A DNA stretch of 64,000 bases from Leptolyngbyaceae cyanobacterium (lineage in GTDB: Bacteria > Cyanobacteriota > Cyanobacteriia > Phormidesmidales > Phormidesmidaceae): contig CBDHHL010000032.1 of assembly GCA_965263355.1 (NCBI GenBank), forward strand, positions 3,008,001 to 3,072,000, read 5' to 3'. The notes beneath the pieces are model-generated. The model worked only from the letters and a program-made list of their open reading frames with translations, was not told the origin of the DNA and did not search any database. Made by a program: the position numbers and the translations under genes. Positions 19,949 to 31,722 of the stretch are shown here, one piece after another. The first letter of the stretch is position 1. Each line of letters starts with the position of its first letter.

Positions 19949-22372
19949 TTAACTACGTAGGCTAACGTTGAACTTTTTCTCTAAGGCCGCCCGAATTTTG
20001 TCCTGGAGCGGGTCAATATCTTGGTCGGTTAACGTTCGATCACTTGACCGGTAGAACATGCGAAATGCAAGACTACGCTGACCGTCCGGGACCCCCTTGC
20101 CCTTGTACTCGTCAAACAGAGTGACAGTTTCTAGGAGTTGTCCGCCAGTGCGAATAATGAGCTTTTCCAGGTCGGCTACGGGGATGTCAGTGGATGCATA
20201 GAACGCAATGTCGCGATCCGACCCTGGATAGGAGGAATAGCTCTTGAACTTAGGGGCACGGAATCGGTCGCTAACCAGACAGGTTGCGATCGCATCCCAA
20301 TGCAACTCAAAAACATAAACTTCTTCTGGCAGATCTCGTTCCTGGCGCAGGCGCGGATGCAGTTGCCCAAATGTGCCTAACCGAGTGCGACCGCGTACCC
20401 AGAGCGAGGCTGTTCGGCCAGGGTGGAGTCGATCATCTTCACTATCGGCGCGATAGTCGACCTCCAGCCCCAGCTGCTTAAAGACAGTTTCGAGTATGCC
20501 TTTAGCCTCATACCAGCTCATGGGAGCCGTTTTGCTAGTCCACTGACCCTGGGCTGCATTCCCCCCTAAGATGCCACCTATGCGCTCATATTCATTCAAC
20601 TGCCCCGCTTCATTGATAAAGACATGACCCATTTCAAAAGCATTTAGGGGACCGTTGCCGTTGTCTAGATTGGCCTGGAAGCCATCAATCAAACCAGATA
20701 TTAAGTCAGAACGGAGAGCAGAATATTCAGTAAATAAGGGGTTTTCGAGAACGACACGTTGAGGAGCCGGATTCGTTAGCGAGTAGTGCAACACTTCAGT
20801 CAGACCGGCACCCCGAAAGGCGGATCTTAACTGGCGTACGAGAGCGGCTTCTGGAGACAGTCGCCCTCGGGATGTTTGTTGGGGCAAGGTCTTATCAAAG
20901 CGGTTATAGCCAAACAAACGAGCAACTTCTTCAATTAGGTCAATTTCTCGCTCTAGGTCACGGTAACGGTAAGCCGGTATCGTAACTGTCCACGTTTCTT
21001 GACCATCATCAATAAGGCTGCACCCTAGACGAGTCAGGGTATCTTCTACATCAGTCGAATTGAGAGCAGTAACTGTGCCATCCTCGGTAATGTAATTACC
21101 TAATATCTGCTGTACCCGCTCTAATCGTAGCCTGATAGTACGGGTTGGAGTGATTTTACCCACCTCGGTGCGCATATCCTGTTGGTGAGTCACCTGAGCA
21201 TCGGCTAAATCAACCATGAGCTGAATGGCTCGATTGGCTGCCAGTTCTAACTCAGCTGGATTCACCCCTCGCTCGTAACGGGCCGAAGCTTCGGTGCGCA
21301 ACCCTTGACTGCGGGCTGAGCGACGAATCACAGCCGCATCAAAAAAGGCGGCTTCTAGAAAGACATTTTGAGTATCATTGTGAACCTCCGAGTCTTCGCC
21401 CCCCATAACACCTGCCAGGGCTACTGGCATATCGTTAGCCGTAATGGCCAAGGTCTGAGGCTTTAGTTCACGGTCTTGGCCATCTAAGGTTTTAAGGGTT
21501 TCGCCAGCTTTTCCAAAACGGACGCTGACGGTAGCATCTTTTCCCTGACTAAGACGATCCAGATCAAAGGCATGGAGCGGTTGCCCCCACTCCAGGAGGA
21601 CATAGTTGGTGATATCAACTACGTTATTAATTGAACGTGTGCCCGACGCTTCGAGACGCTGTTGAAGCCACGTAGGGGAAGGGCCGATTTTGACGTTCTC
21701 TAAGATAGTGCCGATGTAAATAGGGCAGGCTTTTGGGTCTGAAAGGGCAATCTCAATTCGGTTTTGTGCGCTATCTGGTATCGCTATCTCTTGAATGGGT
21801 AGCGTAAGCTCTGTTCCTGTAATCGCAGCCAGCTCCCGAGCAATGCCCACCATACTCAAGGCATCGGCTCGGTTGGCGGTCGATGATAGATCTAAAACTG
21901 TATCGTCTAGTCCTAACAAGGGTCGGACATCTTGACCTACCTTCAAGTTAGGCTCCTCAAAGATATGGATACCTGCTGCATCCTTTGCTAAACCAAGCTC
22001 TGCCAAGGAACAAATCATGCCAGAGGAAGGAACACCACGAAGCTTGCGGGGTTTAATCTTAAGGTCTACTTGGGGTAGATAAGTATTGACCTTAGCTACG
22101 GGGACAAAAATATCTGCCCTCACATTAGCCGCGCCACAAACAATTGTTGAGGGGTCAGTGTCACCAATATCTACGGTACAAACACTCAGTTTGTCAGCAT
22201 CTGGGTGAGGTTGCCGTTCGGTAACTTTACCGACAACTACACCGTCGGCCCAAGTGTGGCGCTCTTCAATATCTTCGACTTCAAACCCGGCCATTGTTAG
22301 CGCGTCACCAATAGCCTCTGGTGTTAATTGCGGATCGACAAATTTCTTGAGCCAGTTGACAGAAATGCGCAT
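19949..22372 (-). CDS. pheT: Phenylalanine--tRNA ligase beta subunit
   Basis: MRISVNWL, HPDADKL, IVCGAANV, TANRADALS, GQPLHAFD, REIDLIEEVARL and the C-terminal FDX-ACB domain. Confidence 0.97.
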   Translation of the reverse strand: MRISVNWLKKFVDPQLTPEAIGDALTMAGFEVEDIEERHTWADGVVVGKVTERQPHPDADKLSVCTVDIGDTDPSTIVCGAANVRADIFVPVAKVNTYLPQVDLKIKPRKLRGVPSSGMICSLAELGLAKDAAGIHIFEEPNLKVGQDVRPLLGLDDTVLDLSSTANRADALSMVGIARELAAITGTELTLPIQEIAIPDSAQNRIEIALSDPKACPIYIGTILENVKIGPSPTWLQQRLEASGTRSINNVVDITNYVLLEWGQPLHAFDLDRLSQGKDATVSVRFGKAGETLKTLDGQDRELKPQTLAITANDMPVALAGVMGGEDSEVHNDTQNVFLEAAFFDAAVIRRSARSQGLRTEASARYERGVNPAELELAANRAIQLMVDLADAQVTHQQDMRTEVGKITPTRTIRLRLERVQQILGNYITEDGTVTALNSTDVEDTLTRLGCSLIDDGQETWTVTIPAYRYRDLEREIDLIEEVARLFGYNRFDKTLPQQTSRGRLSPEAALVRQLRSAFRGAGLTEVLHYSLTNPAPQRVVLENPLFTEYSALRSDLISGLIDGFQANLDNGNGPLNAFEMGHVFINEAGQLNEYERIGGILGGNAAQGQWTSKTAPMSWYEAKGILETVFKQLGLEVDYRADSEDDRLHPGRTASLWVRGRTRLGTFGQLHPRLRQERDLPEEVYVFELHWDAIATCLVSDRFRAPKFKSYSSYPGSDRDIAFYASTDIPVADLEKLIIRTGGQLLETVTLFDEYKGKGVPDGQRSLAFRMFYRSSDRTLTDQDIDPLQDKIRAALEKKFNVSLRS

Positions 22373-23015
22373 GGGACCTGGGTTAAAAAGGTATTGATAG
22401 GAATAGAACGAACTTAAACCTTGTCTGCATCCAGCACCACTAGAGTTTTTCCGTAGAAAAGCCTAAAGGTTTCAAATTAGACGTGGTTTATTCTACCGTT
22501 GAAGCTCCGCTTTAAGTTCTTTATTAGTAAAGGGTTCTCTCACTCGCAATCTGAGTCTTGGTAGACTACTCAGCAACGTTGCCAATGTAAATTTTCTAAA
22601 GCAAGCACAAAGCCCTATTCTAAAAACACCAATTCTAAAATTGCCACTGGCAGCATAAACAATTGGATAAGATAATGAAGATAATAATTAAATCAGTTGG
22701 GATCGTCCGATAAGCAAGTTTGCTTTAGGGGTTGCTCTACTGTCCATAGGGGGTAACTTGTGGAACACTTTGAAGCGTGTGCACAAAGAATAAAATTAAG
22801 CTATTAGAAGAATTTGATTTATTCCATTACTCATGGCGGATGGTTGAGAAATGCAAAGTATTTATAGATTACTGGAGCAAATCCCAATCGGTTTTATTCT
22901 CTAGGGATAAGTGCTACAACACTCTTCCCTGCTCAGTGCTTTAAGATGTCGTGCCATAGTGAACCATAGCCCCATCATATGTAGGCGTATATATGAGCAG
23001 GGTGGCTAAAGCTAC

Positions 23016-24629
23016 ATGACTTACTGTATCAACTCAGAGTGTCCTAGTCCTAAAAATCCTTCCACAGCGAGACAGTGTCTAGCCTGTGGAGCAGATCTGT
23101 TGTTACGCGGTCGCTATCGTGTTAGTGGCGCTTTGGGTAAAGGTGGCTTTGGCACTACGTTTTTGGCCCATGATGAAGGACTTCCTGGTTGCCCACCCTG
23201 TGTCATCAAGCAGTTGCAGCCAACCGCTGAAGCCCCCCATGTGATGCAAATGGCCCGCGATTTATTTGCCCGTGAAGCCAAAATTTTGGGCAAAATTGGT
23301 AATCATCCGCAGCTGCCACGCTTATTGGATTATTTTGAAGCCCGTCAAGATTTCTTTTTGGTTCAAGAGTATATCAATGGCTCTACGCTCCAGAAAGAGG
23401 TCAAGACCCGTGGTGCTTTTAGTGAAGCAGGTACAAAGCAATTTTTGAGTGAAGTGCTGCCAGTTATGCAGTATATTCACCGTCATCAGGTTATTCATCG
23501 AGACATCAAGCCTGCTAATCTTATTCGTCGAGATGCTGACAAACGGTTAGTACTAATTGATTTTGGTGCAGTTAAAGATAAGGTCAATCCGGTCAAAGCC
23601 AGTGAAGAGTCAGGTCATACAGCGTTAACCGCTTATGCCGTGGGTACCCCTGGCTATGCCCCCCCTGAGCAAATGGCAATGCGACCGGTTTATGCCAGTG
23701 ATATTTATGCGATTGGGGTAACCTGTCTGTATCTGTTGACGGCAAAGTCGCCTAAGGAAATGTCCTACGATCCCCAATCGGGCGAAATCCTTTGGCAACA
23801 GCACGTTAAGGTGAGTGAGCATTTTGCAGGTGTTTTAAGTAAGATGCTAGAAATTTCGGTACGGCACCGTTATAGTTCGGCTGATGCAATTTTGCGAGAT
23901 CTTGATTTAGAGCCGTATTTGGATAGTTTGGCTCAAAATATGGCGATTCCAACCGCTGCGCCCAAAGAAGTGGAGCCCGTTAGCCAACCTTCTTTTAACA
24001 GTGACGATACAGCTTCAATTTTAGGATTAGACGATTCTCAAGCAGGAGCATCCCCGTCGGCTCGTATGGCTGCCGCTATTCGTGCCCGTAAAGAACGACG
24101 TCAAAATACTAAACCTTCTTCAGTGGCACCTCGTCGCTCCGCAGGTAATCTGCTTGCTAATAGTTCTAGTCAGTCAGGGCCATTTTCGGGTCAAGGTAAA
24201 AAAATTACTCCTGAGGCCGTTCAGAAAGCCTATGATCGTGGTCATCGTGACTTTTCACTCCAACCCCTGGCAAGGCTAAATTTACAACGTATGATCCTGA
24301 GCGGTGCTAGTTTTGCAGGGGCACAGCTGAGAGAGTGTAATTTGCAGGGAGCCGATCTGACTAACGTCAATCTCAGCAAAGCTGACTTACGTCAGTGTAA
24401 TTTGAAAAATGTTAAATTATCAAATGCTTACATGGGGGAGGCGAACTTAGAAAATAGCGATCTTCGAGGTGCTAATCTGAGTCGCAGCAATTTAAAGGGT
24501 GCTACCCTTAGGGGTGCCAACCTATGCGGGGCCGATTTAACGGGCGCTAGTTTAACTGAACAACAGTTAAATGTCATTAAGACAAATTGGTCTACCGTCT
24601 ACCCTAATGGACGTCGTGGACTTCGTTAG
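23016..24629 (+). CDS. Ser/Thr protein kinase with N-terminal 4-Cys prefix and C-terminal pentapeptide repeats (SpkB-like)
   Basis: CINSEC..CLAC, LGKGGFG, HRDIKPAN, DFG and GTPGYAPPE motifs; A(D/N)Lxx repeats at the C-terminus. Confidence 0.92.
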   Translation: MTYCINSECPSPKNPSTARQCLACGADLLLRGRYRVSGALGKGGFGTTFLAHDEGLPGCPPCVIKQLQPTAEAPHVMQMARDLFAREAKILGKIGNHPQLPRLLDYFEARQDFFLVQEYINGSTLQKEVKTRGAFSEAGTKQFLSEVLPVMQYIHRHQVIHRDIKPANLIRRDADKRLVLIDFGAVKDKVNPVKASEESGHTALTAYAVGTPGYAPPEQMAMRPVYASDIYAIGVTCLYLLTAKSPKEMSYDPQSGEILWQQHVKVSEHFAGVLSKMLEISVRHRYSSADAILRDLDLEPYLDSLAQNMAIPTAAPKEVEPVSQPSFNSDDTASILGLDDSQAGASPSARMAAAIRARKERRQNTKPSSVAPRRSAGNLLANSSSQSGPFSGQGKKITPEAVQKAYDRGHRDFSLQPLARLNLQRMILSGASFAGAQLRECNLQGADLTNVNLSKADLRQCNLKNVKLSNAYMGEANLENSDLRGANLSRSNLKGATLRGANLCGADLTGASLTEQQLNVIKTNWSTVYPNGRRGLR

Positions 24630-24722
24630 TATTATTAAGGCTTATTTGCTGCATTGAGTCCCCGATTTTACCGCAGGCGCGTTAGGATATCTAAGGTATT
24701 TTGTGGCGGCCTATTAATTCCT

Positions 24723-24929
24723 ATGTTTCTTGATGAGCTAACCCCTATTGTGCAAGAGATTCTAGGGCAGCCTATTGCCTTCTTTGGTGGGTTTGCATCT
24801 GGTTTGCTAAAGCTCAACTTAAATGATGATCCAGTGAAAAGTTGGTTGGAAAATCAAGGAGCTGATGTTTCAAACCAGAGTGATGATGATAAGTCCGGTA
24901 AGGGTCCCCAAACTATTTCTATCGATTAG
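24723..24929 (+). CDS. Small conserved hypothetical protein
   Basis: MFLDEL.P...QPIAFFGGFASGLLKLNLNDDP...W...GPQTISID, which looks like a conserved cyanobacterial/plastid small protein. Confidence 0.7.
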   Translation: MFLDELTPIVQEILGQPIAFFGGFASGLLKLNLNDDPVKSWLENQGADVSNQSDDDKSGKGPQTISID

Positions 24930-25561
24930 CTCAGTAATTCACTGATCCAAGTTTGGATCTGGGATTCCAAGAGTAAACTTGGAGTCTGGTTAAGGATAGT
25001 TAGAGCACGTTGGTAGTCACCAATGGCACAGTTCCAATGGCCGTCTAATTGATATGTGCGACCTCTTTCCGCATAGATATGAGCACTTAGTTTTCCTAAA
25101 AATAGTGCTAATCCAAAGCATATAATCGCGTCATCATACATCTTTAAGTTTCTAAATAGAATCCCCTGATGAATGCGGGCCTTAATGTTGTGTGGATTAA
25201 TATCAATTGCGCAGTCATAATCTGCAATAGCTGCGCTCCAGTTTTTTAAGGCTGCACTACACTTCGCCCTATTGGCGTAGATTTGGTCTGCTTTGGGATT
25301 TAGGTGAAGTGCTTGATTGTAATCGGCCATTGCTTGAGACCATTGTTCGCAATGGTAGTAAATGAGGCCACGATGACTGTAATAAACTGGGTTCTGTGGC
25401 TCTTGGGTGATGAAATAGTTCAGTAAGTTAATTGCTCTGGAATAATTTTTTTGCTGCATTGCTTGACGTAGGGTTTGGCGCAGTAACTTTTTTATCTCTA
25501 CATCTGTAGATTTAGCTACGTCAAAGTCTTTAGATGAATCCGTTATAGATGATGACGTCAT
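24926..25561 (-). CDS. Tetratricopeptide repeat protein
   Basis: Several TPR units (YSHRG...AMADYNQALHLNP, YANRA...AIADYDCAIDINP). Confidence 0.88.
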   Translation of the reverse strand: MTSSSITDSSKDFDVAKSTDVEIKKLLRQTLRQAMQQKNYSRAINLLNYFITQEPQNPVYYSHRGLIYYHCEQWSQAMADYNQALHLNPKADQIYANRAKCSAALKNWSAAIADYDCAIDINPHNIKARIHQGILFRNLKMYDDAIICFGLALFLGKLSAHIYAERGRTYQLDGHWNCAIGDYQRALTILNQTPSLLLESQIQTWISELLS

Positions 25562-25868
25562 GCAAATTACTCCCTATCGTCTATAAATAATAGATAGAGA
25601 TAGCAACTACCTTGAGATAGTAGTGTTGTTGATGGTCATGACAACACTACTAATGGAATGGTTGCATAGCTTAGTTTTTGCCCCAACCGAGAAATAACGG
25701 AGTCTTTACAGGTGCTCACAATGCAAATCCGTATTTTTTCGTAGCTCTAGGGTTGCCAAACATTACAGCTCATGGGGTTTTATAACGGATTTACGAAGAA
25801 TTCTTTGTCAGCGACTTAAGAACGTTACGATTAGAGCGGTAAAGCTATCAAAATCGTTTTGGGCTCCT

Positions 25869-26330
25869 ATGACTTTTTCTTCTCCACCAACATCGTTATC
25901 AGACAGCGATTACGTTATTGTTGGTTTAGCCCATTGCTTTGTTAAGCAAGACGGCGGTGTGGTGTCTCTAAAATTGTTAGAGCCTATCCCATCTGCTTAT
26001 TTTGAAGCATTAACTAAAAGGGTACCGACTTCCTATGAGGCCCTTTATGGTATTCAATTGGGTGAGCTGATAAAAGATAAACAGCCTATATTGACGAATT
26101 TACCTTTTGATACTAAGAACGTTCAGTTTTGCGAAGACTTTGTGGAGCGAGTCTGTGCTGCTGCCAGGACTTATCAGACTAGGGAAGACATTCAGATGCT
26201 GCTGCCTCACGGCCAGGTATTTTCTGATGTAAATTTTTCTACTGAGAGAAAACGGATCTTAAATGTCTCTCATAAAGTCACTCAGGAAGATAATGTAAAA
26301 CAGCACAAATACACCCATATGAACCTTTAA
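25869..26330 (+). CDS. Conserved hypothetical protein
   Basis: 153-aa ORF with DYVIVGLAHCF..EPIPSA...AARTY...KRILN...DNVKQH. Function not recognised. Confidence 0.7.
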   Translation: MTFSSPPTSLSDSDYVIVGLAHCFVKQDGGVVSLKLLEPIPSAYFEALTKRVPTSYEALYGIQLGELIKDKQPILTNLPFDTKNVQFCEDFVERVCAAARTYQTREDIQMLLPHGQVFSDVNFSTERKRILNVSHKVTQEDNVKQHKYTHMNL

Positions 26331-26459
26331 AGTCTTGCCTGAGTTGAGAGGTTCACATATCTTCCCATTCTGGAGTGTCAGTTAAAAAGTATACCTATCG
26401 GAGAGAATTCTCTCTTAACCTTTGGTTCTTTGGGCTGATAAAATTAATTAAGCATCAAA

Positions 26460-26486
26460 GCAGACGTGCGTCAAACGCACGTCTGC
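26460..26486 (-). terminator. Perfect 12-bp stem hairpin between convergent genes, probable psbK terminator
   Basis: GCAGACGTGCGT-CAA-ACGCACGTCTGC, followed by TTTG on the minus strand. Confidence 0.6.
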
Positions 26487-26632
26487 CCGTATCAAAGACT
26501 CTCTTCAATGTAAAAATATTAGATAAGTCAGCTACCTTAGGTTGTCGCGATCGCAAAAACAACCTGAGTGATCACTGGACTTATTGACTAAGATATTCGG
26601 TTGTAACGCTCATATTTCAGCGCTAGGCGCTG

Positions 26633-26770
26633 TTAGCGAAAGCCTACAGATGCCTGCCAAACAAAGGCTAGAAGCAAGAAGAAAATAGGCAGGATAGGCA
26701 AAATGTCTACTAGGGGAGCAAATGCTTGATAAGCTTCGGGGAGTGTAGCTAACAGTAGGACTGCGTCCAT
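26633..26770 (-). CDS. psbK: Photosystem II reaction center protein K (not in the ORF track)
   Basis: Manual translation gives [45 protein letters not shown] (45 aa). AGAGG RBS upstream; lies downstream of tgt. Confidence 0.97.
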   Translation of the reverse strand: MDAVLLLATLPEAYQAFAPLVDILPILPIFFLLLAFVWQASVGFR

Positions 26771-26861
26771 GAAAACCTCTCTACGGTGGCGACAGTTTGC
26801 TTAATAATTTCCTCACATCTTAACATGCTGTGGTACACGCTAAAGTTTGTTGATCATCTTT

Positions 26862-28010
<1,149 letters not shown>

Positions 28011-28014
28011 CTAA

Positions 28015-28470
28015 CTAACTGAGAAAGTGATTGCTGTCGTCGTCTAAGCAAGCGTCCCACCGGGCTGTTAATGCTTCGGCAAGCATTGCTTCTAGCGTAG
28101 CGTCATTAATACTGCAACTGTTGCCTTCTGTGAGAGGATTGGACAATGGCAAAATGCGTAAACGGCGGTTGTCTTGAATGAGGTCGAAGTAAGGTTGGTT
28201 GTCAGTTAGCTGCCCCATTTCTAGGTAGTCAAAACTCGTGACGTTGATGTAAAGGCTGCTGTTGGCTACTAATGTTGCTTGCTGAGGATCACTAAACACT
28301 TCGACCACATATCCTTCACCTTCTCGCAGGACTTGCTCTTCTTGGTTATGGATATATCGGACACGTCCCAGGTGCTGTAGGATTCGCACCATATCTTTCT
28401 TGTTGATCACAGTGCCTATATCGACAAGGCAAGGGGCTGGAAGGGAAGTTGTTGAAGGTTGGTAGCTCAT
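28015..28470 (-). CDS. Conserved hypothetical protein
   Basis: 151-aa ORF (PAPCLVD.G..INK.DM, TLVAN.SLYINV.SFDYLE), co-oriented with tgt. Confidence 0.7.
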   Translation of the reverse strand: MSYQPSTTSLPAPCLVDIGTVINKKDMVRILQHLGRVRYIHNQEEQVLREGEGYVVEVFSDPQQATLVANSSLYINVTSFDYLEMGQLTDNQPYFDLIQDNRRLRILPLSNPLTEGNSCSINDATLEAMLAEALTARWDACLDDDSNHFLS

Positions 28471-28708
28471 AACAAGGTCGGTAGATGGGCACGTATAGTC
28501 AGCATGGCCCGTAAAACACCGAAGTTTTTAACAATCTATACTCAAGATAGTTGAAATCTGATTATTTGGAACGCCCAAGACAAAAATAATCTCCTCGTCT
28601 TGTTGGTTTTTATTATTTGCTCTCACATTATTTCAGCAACTTTGCGGATTGACTTCAGCCAGAATACTTAATATTAAGAGTTTCCACATATTTTTTTGAG
28701 GTGATGAT

Positions 28709-29494
28709 ATGGGGCATTGGCTGAGGGCTGTTGTGCGGGCGTGGCAACAGCAGTGGGCCTCACTTAATGGAGCTTTGTTGTTTTATACCTGTTTCCCATT
28801 GCCCCGACAATGGCCAGCAGAATTTGGCCATATTGCTCGGGTTGTCCCTGGTGTTGGTTTAGCGTTGGGTGGCTGCCTGGTAGGGGTGGATGTGTTGTTC
28901 GGTTTTGGTGCGCCACTATTACTGCGCAGTGCCATTGTTGTTTTTACGGGAGTGTGGCTGACGGGGGGCCTACATCTGGATGGCGCTATGGATACGGCGG
29001 ATGGCCTTGCTGTGCAAGATCACCAGCGACGTTTGGAAGTGATGGCTGACAGTCGATCTGGAGCATTTGGAGTGATGGTTGCGATCGCAATTTTATTGCT
29101 TAAAACCATAGCTTTGGCAACTATCATCCGTGGACGCTGGTTTGCCCTCATCGCTGCGGCTGCTTGGGGACGGTGGGGGCAGCAGTGGGCAATTGGCCGC
29201 TATCCCTATCTCAAACCCAATGGCAAGGGGGCGTTTCATAAGCAGGCGCTGCCATCCTGTTGGTATGCGTTGCCTTGGGCGTTAGGTCTAGGAATGCTCA
29301 CGATCTTGGTTGCTGGGCTGGGCTGGCTGCCCTGGTCCTTGGGGCTCGTGGCAACTGCTGTTGGTGTGAGCAGTGCTATGTTGGTCGCTGATTGGCTGAA
29401 CTACAAGTTGGGCGGCCACACTGGCGACACCTATGGAGCCGTTGTGGAATGGGTGGAAGTAGCGGTACTGGTTGGTCTAGCGTGTTTTCATTAG
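28709..29494 (+). CDS. cobS: Adenosylcobinamide-GDP ribazoletransferase (cobalamin synthase)
   Basis: [29 protein letters not shown] and [13 protein letters not shown] motifs. Confidence 0.95.
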   Translation: MGHWLRAVVRAWQQQWASLNGALLFYTCFPLPRQWPAEFGHIARVVPGVGLALGGCLVGVDVLFGFGAPLLLRSAIVVFTGVWLTGGLHLDGAMDTADGLAVQDHQRRLEVMADSRSGAFGVMVAIAILLLKTIALATIIRGRWFALIAAAAWGRWGQQWAIGRYPYLKPNGKGAFHKQALPSCWYALPWALGLGMLTILVAGLGWLPWSLGLVATAVGVSSAMLVADWLNYKLGGHTGDTYGAVVEWVEVAVLVGLACFH

Positions 29495-30442
29495 GGGGGC
29501 TGTCAGGGATGGGTCCTGAAACAGTGGTGTGCTGAGGTAGCGTTCACCAAAGCTGGGTTGGATGACAACGATTAACTTATCTTGATTAGCGGCGCGACGG
29601 CCTACTGTAATGGCAGCACAGAGGGCCGCCCCACTGGAAATCCCTGATAAAATGCCTTCTTCTTTAGCAAGACGGCGACCATAAGCGATCGCATCATCAT
29701 CGGTTACAGCAATGACCTCATCAATCAGGTCTACCTGTAGAACATCTGGCACAAAGCCAGCACCAATGCCCTGAATTTTATGGGGTCCCGGCTTGCCGCC
29801 CGTGAGGATCTGACTGTTGGCAGGTTCCACAGCGATAGTTTGAAACTCAGGCTTATGTCGTTTAATGACTTCGCTTACCCCAGTAATGGTGCCTCCTGTG
29901 CCGACACCCGCCACCAAAAAATCCACCTGCCCCTCAGTGTCCTGCCAGATTTCGTCTGCTGTGGTTTGACGGTGCATATCTGGATTAGCTGGGTTATGAA
30001 ACTGTTGCAGCATATAGGCATTGGGGGTGGATGCTAAAATTTGCTGGGCTCGCTGGATACAGCCAGCCATGCCTTCATTGCCTGGGGTAAGCTCTAGTTC
30101 CGCGCCATAGGCCCGCAACATAGCCCGTCGTTCAGCACTCATCGTTTCTGGCATCGTCAGAATCAGGCGATAGCCCTTAGCTGCAGAAACCATAGCCAGG
30201 GCAATACCTGTATTACCGGACGTGGGTTCTACCAGGGTAGTTTGGCCTGGGTGAATCTTACCAGCAGCTTCTGCAGCGGCAATCATATTCACACCAATGC
30301 GATCCTTGACTGAGGCTGATGGATTCATGCTCTCTAGCTTCAGAACTATCTGAGCTACGCATCCTTCAGCTTGAGGAATCCGATTGAGTTTGACCAGTGG
30401 AGTTCGACCCACCAGCTCAGTAATATTTTGGGCAATCCGCAT
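29477..30442 (-). CDS. cysK: Cysteine synthase A
   Basis: [13 protein letters not shown] (PLP lysine), [22 protein letters not shown] and GERYLST motifs. Confidence 0.97.
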   Translation of the reverse strand: MRIAQNITELVGRTPLVKLNRIPQAEGCVAQIVLKLESMNPSASVKDRIGVNMIAAAEAAGKIHPGQTTLVEPTSGNTGIALAMVSAAKGYRLILTMPETMSAERRAMLRAYGAELELTPGNEGMAGCIQRAQQILASTPNAYMLQQFHNPANPDMHRQTTADEIWQDTEGQVDFLVAGVGTGGTITGVSEVIKRHKPEFQTIAVEPANSQILTGGKPGPHKIQGIGAGFVPDVLQVDLIDEVIAVTDDDAIAYGRRLAKEEGILSGISSGAALCAAITVGRRAANQDKLIVVIQPSFGERYLSTPLFQDPSLTAPLMKTR

Positions 30443-30463
30443 AGCTGACCCTGTCCTAACGCG

Positions 30464-30898
30464 CTAAATGTAATACATCAAATCAACCCGATGCTTAGCG
30501 TTACGTTGCTCTACTAGATCTTGTAGAGTATGAGCAGCCAGCACTTCCTGGGCAGCTGACTGGGCATTTTCCCACAAGCCTCGTACAACTTGGCGCTCCG
30601 TTGTCAGTACAGCATCGCTTGCATTGTCCTTATTTTCTAGACCTTCGATACAATTCACAATGTCTAAAACCAGGACACTCCAAGGGGCCTGGGCTAGTAA
30701 ATAACCCCCTTTAGCCCCCCGTTGACTTTTTACAAAACCGGCTCGACGTAATGTGGCTAAAAGTTGTTCTAGATAGCGATCAGGAATATTTTGTTGAGCT
30801 GCGATTTGACGAATTTGCAGAGGCTCGCCCTTTTCGTAGTTGAGGCTGAGGGCCAGCAGTGCTAAGAGAGCGTATTCACTTTTGCAGGAGAGTTCCAC
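30464..30898 (-). CDS. Rrf2 family transcriptional regulator, CymR-like
   Basis: ELSCKSEYALLAL...IPDRYLEQLL..LRRAG.VKSQRGAKGGY. No Fe-S Cys triad; C-terminus MYYI. Directly upstream of cysK, with a probable GTG start at 30898. Confidence 0.88.
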   Translation of the reverse strand: MELSCKSEYALLALLALSLNYEKGEPLQIRQIAAQQNIPDRYLEQLLATLRRAGFVKSQRGAKGGYLLAQAPWSVLVLDIVNCIEGLENKDNASDAVLTTERQVVRGLWENAQSAAQEVLAAHTLQDLVEQRNAKHRVDLMYYI

Positions 30899-30968
30899 GG
30901 GATGGCTAAGCTGCAACTCCTCTAGTATACTCCGGTTCTCCACTGGGGAAGTAGATATTTCGAGGGTA

Positions 30969-31337
30969 TTATGTTTCCTGCTGATCGTTTAATCTGTCTA
31001 GCAACCGGTTGTAGTCAGGGTGAAACCGAGGATGAAGCAACCGTTTGACCGGTTTCCCTTGATGAATGTGTTGCTCAAGAATTTCATCGGTGTCACTAGG
31101 ACGAACACGGCAGTACCAAACATTGTCTGGTACAACTCTTACCGTCGGTCCCGAACCGCATTGCCCTAGGCAAGAGCTTGGTGACACCATTAGCTCGGGA
31201 CCAGCGTGTTGCTTCAGGGCGGCTAGTACGTCTGCTGATTGAAAGCGTTGGCAGCTGCGATACTGACAAACTTGAATAAAGCGCCTCTGGGGTGCTGCTG
31301 ATTGATTAAATGACGAGTTAGTTGGCAATTCTCCCAT
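30969..31337 (-). CDS. Thioredoxin-like (2Fe-2S) ferredoxin
   Basis: VCQYRSC...SSCLGQCGSGP.V.V.PD.VWY...I...H...G.PV pattern. Confidence 0.85.
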   Translation of the reverse strand: MGELPTNSSFNQSAAPQRRFIQVCQYRSCQRFQSADVLAALKQHAGPELMVSPSSCLGQCGSGPTVRVVPDNVWYCRVRPSDTDEILEQHIHQGKPVKRLLHPRFHPDYNRLLDRLNDQQET

Positions 31338-31510
31338 GGGCAACCATGCATTTCCCCAAAAACTGAATAGCAGCAAGTATGAAACATCTAGAGAAATCAT
31401 ACTTGCTGCTTAATGAGAACCAAGGACACACACAACCAACCTTGTGCTTCGTATCATTGCAGGATTGCCCATAAAGTGCAACCTATCCTGATATCTAAAA
31501 GAAAAATTTA

Positions 31511-31654
31511 TGAAAATGAGCCTGATCACGAGGCTCTGGGGAGTCAGTACTTTACAGGAGCTTCAAATGAGTCGTACGAAATCCTGACTGATCGCGTCCG
31601 GTATTGAAGGGCAGGCTTCGACGAATCTCAGCCATTCCCACAAGGGACTACCCC
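31511..31654 (-). ncRNA. Candidate structured sRNA or sORF transcript
   Basis: On the minus strand, 5' GGGGTAGTC pairs with 3' GACTCCCC, with an internal CAGT-CAGGA/TCCTG-ACTG stem. It ends in a GAGCCT-N7-AGGCTC hairpin followed by ATTTTC. Family not recognised. Confidence 0.35.
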
Positions 31655-31722
31655 TGAAAGATGATCGCTTTTTAACAGGTTTAATAATAAATTCGGATTT
31701 GGTATCAGTAATATTCAGGAGC

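Noticed and set aside
26375..26587. 70-aa ORF downstream of the hypothetical gene
   Set aside because: It spans the terminator hairpin, has a GTG start and no recognisable motif. The real small gene here is psbK on the minus strand.
31511..31654. Identification of the structured element as 6S, SRP or tmRNA
   Set aside because: It lacks the SRP GGAA-loop helix and the tRNA-like ends, and appears too short for 6S. Left unassigned.
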